Source: Octopus bimaculoides (lineage: Eukaryota). From it: a DNA stretch of 44,781 nucleotides. Below, in pieces: positions 38,291 through 44,781 of the stretch; within the stretch, counting starts at the first letter, position 1, and each line of letters begins with the position of its first letter. Below the pieces are notes generated by a model. That model searched no databases. It was not told where the DNA came from and saw only the letters and a list, made by a program, of their open reading frames with translations. A program made the position numbers and the translations under genes. The DNA lies in NCBI RefSeq assembly GCF_001194135.2, contig NC_068994.1:6179911-6224691 (forward strand), written 5' to 3'.

Positions 38291-41104
38291 TGTAGCCATG
38301 TGTGTGTGTGCATGTTAGAAATTATCACCATCATATTCATCATCATCACCATCATCATCATTATTATTATTATTATTGTTGTTCTTCACNNNNNNNNNNN
38401 NNNNNNNNNNNNNNNNNNNNNNNNNNNNNNNNNNNNNNNNNNNNNNNNNNNNNNNNNNNNNNNNNNNNNNNNNNNNNNNNNNNNNNNNNNNNNNNNNNNN
38501 NNNNNNNNNNNNNNNNNNNNNNNNNNNNNNNNNNNNNNNNNNNNNNNNNNNNNNNNNNNNNNNNNNNNNNNNNNNNNNNNNNNNNNNNNNNNNNNNNNNN
38601 NNNNNNNNNNNNNNNNNNNNNNNNNNNNNNNNNNNNNNNNNNNNNNNNNNNNNNNNNNNNNNNNNNNNNNNNNNNNNNNNNNNNNNNNNNNNNNNNNNNN
38701 NNNNNNNNNNNNNNNNNNNNNNNNNNNNNNNNNNNNNNNNNNNNNNNNNNNNNNNNNNNNNNNNNNNNNNNNNNNNNNNNNNNNNNNNNNNNNNNNNNNN
38801 NNNNNNNNNNNNNNNNNNNNNNNNNNNNNNNNNNNNNNNNNNNNNNNNNNNNNNNNNNNNNNNNNNNNNNNNNNNNNNNNNNNNNNNNNNNNNNNNNNNN
38901 NNNNNNNNNNNNNNNNNNNNNNNNNNNNNNNNNNNNNNNNNNNNNNNNNNNNNNNNNNNNNNNNNNNNNNNNNNNNNNNNNNNNNNNNNNNNNNNNNNNN
39001 NNNNNNNNNNNNNNNNNNNNNNNNNNNNNNNNNNNNNNNNNNNNNNNNNNNNNNNNNNNNNNNNNNNNNNNNNNNNNNNNNNNNNNNNNNNNNNNNNNNN
39101 NNNNNNNNNNNNNNNNNNNNNNNNNNNNNNNNNNNNNNNNNNNNNNNNNNNNNNNNNNNNNNNNNNNNNNNNNNNNNNNNNNNNNNNNNNNNNNNNNNNN
39201 NNNNNNNNNNNNNNNNNNNNNNNNNNNNNNNNNNNNNNNNNNNNNNNNNNNNNNNNNNNNNNNNNNNNNNNNNNNNNNNNNNNNNNNNNNNNNNNNNNNN
39301 NNNNNNNNNNNNNNNNNNNNNNNNNNNNNNNNNNNNNNNNNNNNNNNNNNNNNNNNNNNNNNNNNNNNNNNNNNNNNNNNNNNNNCCCCTCCCCCCTCTG
39401 TTTTTTTTCTTTCCTTTCTATATACATATATATATATTTTCTTTTTACAGCTGTTAAGCATTCCTTATTCCTAGGTAACATCTTGTAAGATTATTTTTTT
39501 AATTAAAAATTTTCATTCTCAAACTGTTTTGTCTTTTGTCTGTTTTAAAAAAAAAAAAAAATGTTTTTGCCTTTTTACGTTTAATAATTTGAATGGCTGA
39601 ATAGGGACAGGTACTTTTGGCCTGTCATCACCACCACCACCACCATCATCATCATTTAACGTCTGTTTCCATGCTGGCATGGGTTGGTCGGTTTGACGGG
39701 AATTGGCCAGCCGGGGAGTCTGTGCAGACTCCAATTGTCTGTTGTGGGCATGCTTTTACTACAGCCGGATGCCCTTCCTCACATCAACCACTTTACAGAG
39801 TGTACTGGGTGCCTGTTATGTGTCCCCTGCATGAGTGCATTTTAGCTGGTACTAGCAAACTGCAAAGAACAAATCTGTATGTACGGAGGACAGTGATTTT
39901 ACTTAACTGGACGTTCCTTCTCAAGTACAGCAAATTGCTACAACCTCTAGTTCCTTATCTTTTTTTTTTTTTTTTTTTTTTTTNNNNNNNNNNNNNNNNN
40001 NNNNNNNNNNNNNNNNNNNNNNNNNNNNNNNNNNNNNNNNNNNNNNNNNNNNNNNNNNNNNNNNNNNNNNNNNNNNNNNNNNNNNNNNNNNNNNNNNNNN
40101 NNNNNNNNNNNNNNNNNNNNNNNNNNNNNNNNNNNNNNNNNNNNNNNNNNNNNNNNNNNNNNNNNNNNNNNNNNNNNNNNNNNNNNNNNNNNNNNNNNNN
40201 NNNNNNNNNNNNNNNNNNNNNNNNNNNNNNNNNNNNNNNNNNNNNNNNNNNNNNNNNNNNNNNNNNNNNNNNNNNNNNNNNNNNNNNNNNNNNNNNNNNN
40301 NNNNNNNNNNNNNNNNNNNNNNNNNNNNNNNNNNNNNNNNNNNNNNNNNNNNNNNNNNAAAAAAAAAAAAAAAAGACACCCAGTACACTCTTTAAGATGG
40401 TTGGTGTTAGGAAGGGCATCCAGCTATAGAAACCGTGCCAAAACAGGCAGTGGAAGCTGGTGCATTTCGTAGCCTTGCCAGCTCCTTGTTAAACTGTCCG
40501 ACCCATGCTAGCATGGAAGACAGATGTTAAATGATGGTGGTAATGATGACTACGTAGAGGTAAATGTTGATCTTGAAACATTATCTGAAAAGAAAAGGTG
40601 AATTGGTCATGGCTGGAATGTCTTTGGTCATGTGTGACTGCTGTCAGGATTGACCTGGACTTAAGGAACGGTTTGGTGTCATCGTTGTTTTACGTAGTTT
40701 TAACAGCACAGAACTGAAGACACAAATCCGACAACACTGAAAATATCTCTTCTGCAGCAGGAGCCACTAAGTGGCCACACGAGCCGCTAGAAATAGCAGC
40801 CAAGTCTCACTGAAATTGTACCCTATCGTCTGAGATAGGACGAATGTGATCCTAAGTTCCCTGATCATAGGTAAGAGACAGGATAGTCATGGTTGGAACA
40901 TTTGATCATAGCTCTTGTCAATCGGCACTGACCTGGAGTTAAAACAGTAGCGTTTTCTTCCCTTTCACTGGGAAACTACAAGGTTACACGACTGGCGAGA
41001 AATAACAGCCAAAACTCTCAACACAGTGACGAAAGAGGCACTCATTGGGTCACTACATAACGCCACCGTTAACAAAATCATAAGGTAAGGAAACCGATTG
41101 ATAC

Positions 41105-41368
41105 AGGCGTGGCTGTGTGGTAAGACGCTTGCTCTTCAACCACACGGTTCTGGGTTCAGCGTCTTTGCACTATAGCCTTGGGCAGACCAAAGCCCTGTGA
41201 GAGAATTTGGTAGACGGAAACTGAAAGAAGCCCGTCATATATTGTGGAATACGATTGTCACTACATAAACCTGATAATTGTGTAACGCACGAAAATACTA
41301 GTTTATTTCAACATTGTAAAATTGTAAAAATTGCAAATGATAAAACGTAAAAATCAGACGAAGTTGGA

Positions 41369-41410
<42 letters not shown>

Positions 41411-41620
41411 TATGTGTGTCTGTTTGTCACCCCTCCACCATCGCTTGACAACCGATGTTGGTGTGTTTACGTCCCCGTAACTTAAGCGGTTCGGCACAAA
41501 AGACCGATAGAATAAGTACTAGGCTTACGAAGAATAAGTCCTGGGGTCGATTTGTTCGACTAAAGGCGGTGCTCCAGCATGGCCGCAGTCAAATGACTGA
41601 AACAAGTAAAAGAATAGAAT
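41105..41620 (+). mobile_element. SINE family 1 copy with about 170 bp of unrelated sequence between head and tail
   Basis: Head at about 41105-41235 and tail at about 41400-41620 match 16553-16926. Confidence 0.8.
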
Positions 41621-42249
41621 ACAGTTTTTACAATGATAATATTTCATGTTGAACGAACGACCATCCATTCGTAGCATGAGAAAGCGAAATGCTTTCAATT
41701 CTGTCAGTATACAAGCGGTCCCCAAAGTAATTCGAGTTGGCCAGGCCTGTTCCAAACCTTCGTATTGACTTTGCCATTTGGCGTTCTTCTCCGATGTCAC
41801 AACGTTCCTCAAGGGGACACTATCGCTCATGTTGAGAACCACTGGTCTAATAGTAGCCAAAGATGGAGTTGCCTCCCCTGTTTTTGTTTTTAACTTTCCA
41901 GACGTTTCTCCTGACTCAAAATTTCTCTTACGAGGTAGAAAGGTCGATGCAAGTCTTTAGAAAAATAACACTTGCCCAAGATGGATGCGTGGCGTTCATT
42001 TAAATAATATAAATAATTATATATATATATATATATTAGTTTATGTATATATTATCTAAGTTATTAAAACCTTTGATAATTTAAATATGTTAATAGTTAC
42101 CAGAGGTAGCAAAATTACACTAAAAAACAAGATATCACAGCCGAACTTTTATTTATATCCGTTTTGCTCCATTTATTATTATTATTATCCATATATATNN
42201 NNNNNNNNGAAACACAAAGATTGAGCCTTATATATATATATATATTTGC

Positions 42250-42680
42250 AGGAGTGGCTGGTACTAATTATATCGGTCTCTTTTGCTGAACTGCTAGGTT
42301 ACGGGGACGTAAACACACCAAGACTGGTTGTCAAGTCGTGAATGGGGGAGGGGAGAAACACAAACATATATATATATATAGATACGACAGGCTTTTTTTC
42401 AGTTTCCGCCTACCAAATTCACTCACATGGCTTCGGTCGGCTCGAGGCTATAGTAGAAGATACTATCCGAAGTTGCGACGCAGTGGGACTGAACCCGGAA
42501 CCATGTGGTTGGGAACCAAGCTGCTTACCACACAACCACTCCTGCATACATATTAGCGGTTCGGCAAAAGACGCCGATAGAATAAGTACTAGGCTTACAA
42601 AGAATAAGTCCTGGGGTCGATTTGTTCGACTAAATCGGTGCCCCAGCATCGTCGCAGTCAAATGACTGAAACAGATAAAT
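42250..42680. mobile_element. SINE family 1 rearranged pair: minus-strand head/middle (42250-42545) abutting a plus-strand tail (42553-42680)
   Basis: Direct comparison with 16553-16926. Confidence 0.75.
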
Positions 42681-42714
42681 GAATAATAGGTCCAACTTAC
42701 AGAGTTTACATACA

Positions 42715-42925
42715 AGTGCATACATGCATGCATAAATACATACATACATACATTCATACACGTACACGCATACATACATACACACATACATGATGATTGC
42801 TTCATCTTGACAGATGAAGGCCTCACATCAGCACACACACACATCATACATGCATACATACATACACGCATACATGCATACATACATACATACATACACA
42901 CGCACATACATACATACATACAATT
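42715..42925. repeat. (CATA)n/(CA)n-rich simple repeat
   Basis: Direct reading. Confidence 0.9.
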
Positions 42926-43014
42926 CACACCGCATTTATAACCTCATCTATACTATTTATAGATGGGGGGAGGAGTGAACATCACAAGAGTTACGCCCCT
43001 TTAGCAGTTTCTGA

Positions 43015-43031
43015 TGACGTCAGGTCACGTG
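43015..43031. promoter_or_regulatory. Adjacent perfect CRE (TGACGTCA, 43015-43022) and E-box/CLEAR-like site (GTCACGTG, 43024-43031) in a CpG-retaining unique island
   Basis: Exact motif matches, with a G-rich tract (gggggaggag) about 45 bp upstream. Function is inferred, not shown. Confidence 0.5.
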
Positions 43032-43314
43032 AGCAAAATTTAAAGTAGAAAGCGGGTACAAAAATAGCAACAGTTATCACAAGTGTTCGCGACTTCAAAC
43101 ATCAACAGTAGCAACATCTTCATCGGCAGTAGCAAAGACAGACATCAAACAGGCCATACCAATTAACTTGCAACGACAGTCGGTGCTTCATTACATAGAC
43201 ACGCCGACGGAGGAGGAAGCAATCATTAACACGACTTTTTCTTTTCCCAATGGTTTTATAGAAATTGCAACATCATTTAATTTTTCCTTCTGTGAACTTT
43301 GGATAGACATCACA

Positions 43315-43467
43315 ATGTCTGTAATTGAATACGTGAAAGATATTCGCGAGGTGATACATGTCGATTCGGTAAACAACCTACATGCGTTGATTGTGGAGGA
43401 GCTTCGCAAAGCTGGTGTGAAAATACCTTTTGGTATTGATCAGGGCTGTATGAGGGCCCCTCTATCG
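43315..43467 (+). CDS. Candidate first coding exon of an unrecognised downstream gene: MSVIEYVKDIREVIHVDSVNNLHALIVEELRKAGVKIPFGIDQGCMRAPLS
   Basis: ATG in acaATGt context, tcg|gtcagt donor at phase 0. The frame is open from 43033 and lies downstream of the CRE/E-box. No homolog recognised. Confidence 0.3.
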
Positions 43468-43544
43468 GTCAGTACTATTTTTTTTCTCCATTTTCATGCA
43501 TCAATAAACTTTAGTTCCTCTACTACTTCTTTCAAACGAGAGAG

Positions 43545-43725
43545 GGTGTGTTTTTGTGTGTCTGTGACTGTATATGTATGCTTGTGTGTGGATATGTGTT
43601 TGTGTATGTGCTACGGTTTGTGTGTATGTATGTGTGTATGTCTGCTACGGTTTGTGCGTGTTTCTGTGTATCTATGTATGGATGTGTGTGTGTATGTTTG
43701 TATGTCTGTGTGCTACTGTTTGTCC
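43545..43725. repeat. (TG)n/(TATG)n-rich simple repeat
   Basis: Direct reading. Confidence 0.9.
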
Positions 43726-43921
43726 TGTGGCCCTGAAACGAAAGTTAACAGAAAAAAAAAGAAAAACTCGAGAGATGTCGATCAAAAATTGTAACTTAAC
43801 GTTTTATATAATGAAACATGGAAGAAGATTAAACGAAGGATGCTAGAAGATTAATTAAGATTTGCTTATAGATTAAGACAAATCTGGGGACGGTCTTTGG
43901 TAAAACAAGCAAGATCTTTGA

Positions 43922-44063
43922 TAATTTTTCAGATTAACACCCGCACGATTACCTAATCCGAACCCTAAAACCCTAAACCTAACCCTAACCCTAACCCTAA
44001 AACCATAAAACCCTATCCCTAACACCCTAGTGAAAATCGTGCGGGTGTTAATCTGAAAAATTA
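43922..44063. repeat. Perfect 29-bp inverted repeat enclosing degenerate (CCCTAA)n telomere-like repeats
   Basis: 43922-43950 is the exact reverse complement of 44035-44063. The 84-nt loop consists of aaccct-type units. Confidence 0.92.
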
Positions 44064-44409
44064 CCAAATCTCTTGAATAAAAACATCAAAAACAAACGAA
44101 ATTCCATGTCAAAACCGTTTAATTAATGCTTATAAAAAACCGTTCAAACTGATCGAACACACACATATACGCATGCAGACAGGTTCTTTTGGGAAATGCA
44201 TGAACATCAATAAAGGATAAAATATACAAGGAAAACAATTACAAAATACTGTTATATTTGAAATCCTGGCATACATGATATAAAATATATGAGATGTCGG
44301 AAAGGTGTGAGGCACATATGTTATACATCCTCCTTTGTTTCTCTGTGTATGTATGTATGTGTGTGTATTCCTTCGAAACTTCTCTAAGTTTGAAACTATA
44401 ATCGACAAA

Positions 44410-44722
44410 TTGTAAAAATCATAAGATATATTGAATTCTTTTTCTCCTGTTTGTGCATCCGAATGCGTGTGTGTATGTATGGTTGTGTGTATATATTACA
44501 CAGATACATACATACACACACGTAGACACATACACACATACATTTATGTCTATATATATTTATAACATATAATGTCTTATATATTATGTATATATATATG
44601 TAAATCTCTGTATATGTGTTTAATATATGTGAATACGTACACATAAATCTATACACACACACACATGTATATATATCTAAGTACATTTATGTCTATATAT
44701 ATATTTATAACATCTAATATAT

Positions 44723-44781
<59 letters not shown>
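44410..44781. repeat. TA/CA/TG-rich low-complexity tract ending in (TA)n
   Basis: Direct reading. Confidence 0.9.

Noticed and set aside
43951-44034. A true chromosome end or fusion site
   Set aside because: The tract is short and degenerate, is enclosed by inverted repeats, has ordinary sequence on both sides and shows no head-to-head telomeric junction.

Overview
AT-rich, microsatellite- and SINE-dense eukaryotic genomic DNA with several assembly gaps. The repeat content looks like an octopus/coleoid cephalopod, which is my inference and not a database result. The main feature is one canonical nuclear poly(A) polymerase gene (PAPOLA/PAP-alpha-like) on the + strand. I assembled it by hand from 24 exons (6719-31139) into a single continuous 2577-nt frame (858 aa + stop), with the GSYRLG motif and the three catalytic aspartates (GADID, LDMLF) intact. 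The true first exon may lie upstream. The most unusual observation is in the C-terminal regulatory tail, which carries six tandemly duplicated phase-0/phase-0 exons of 99-102 nt. Each encodes a basic (K/R)R-S-x-S-P ... (S/T)-P-(x)-K module, so about 200 aa of NLS/CDK-site-like sequence could be skipped in any combination. Other observations: a required GC-AG intron with a weak donor and candidate intronic poly(A) signals; a 38-bp-stem hairpin with two A-C mismatches just upstream of one repeat exon; a 103-bp inverted repeat pair upstream; a telomere-like loop enclosed by a perfect 29-bp inverted repeat; a head-to-tail SINE array; RTE/LINE and possible mariner remnants; and a CRE+E-box island with a candidate first exon of a second gene near the right end.
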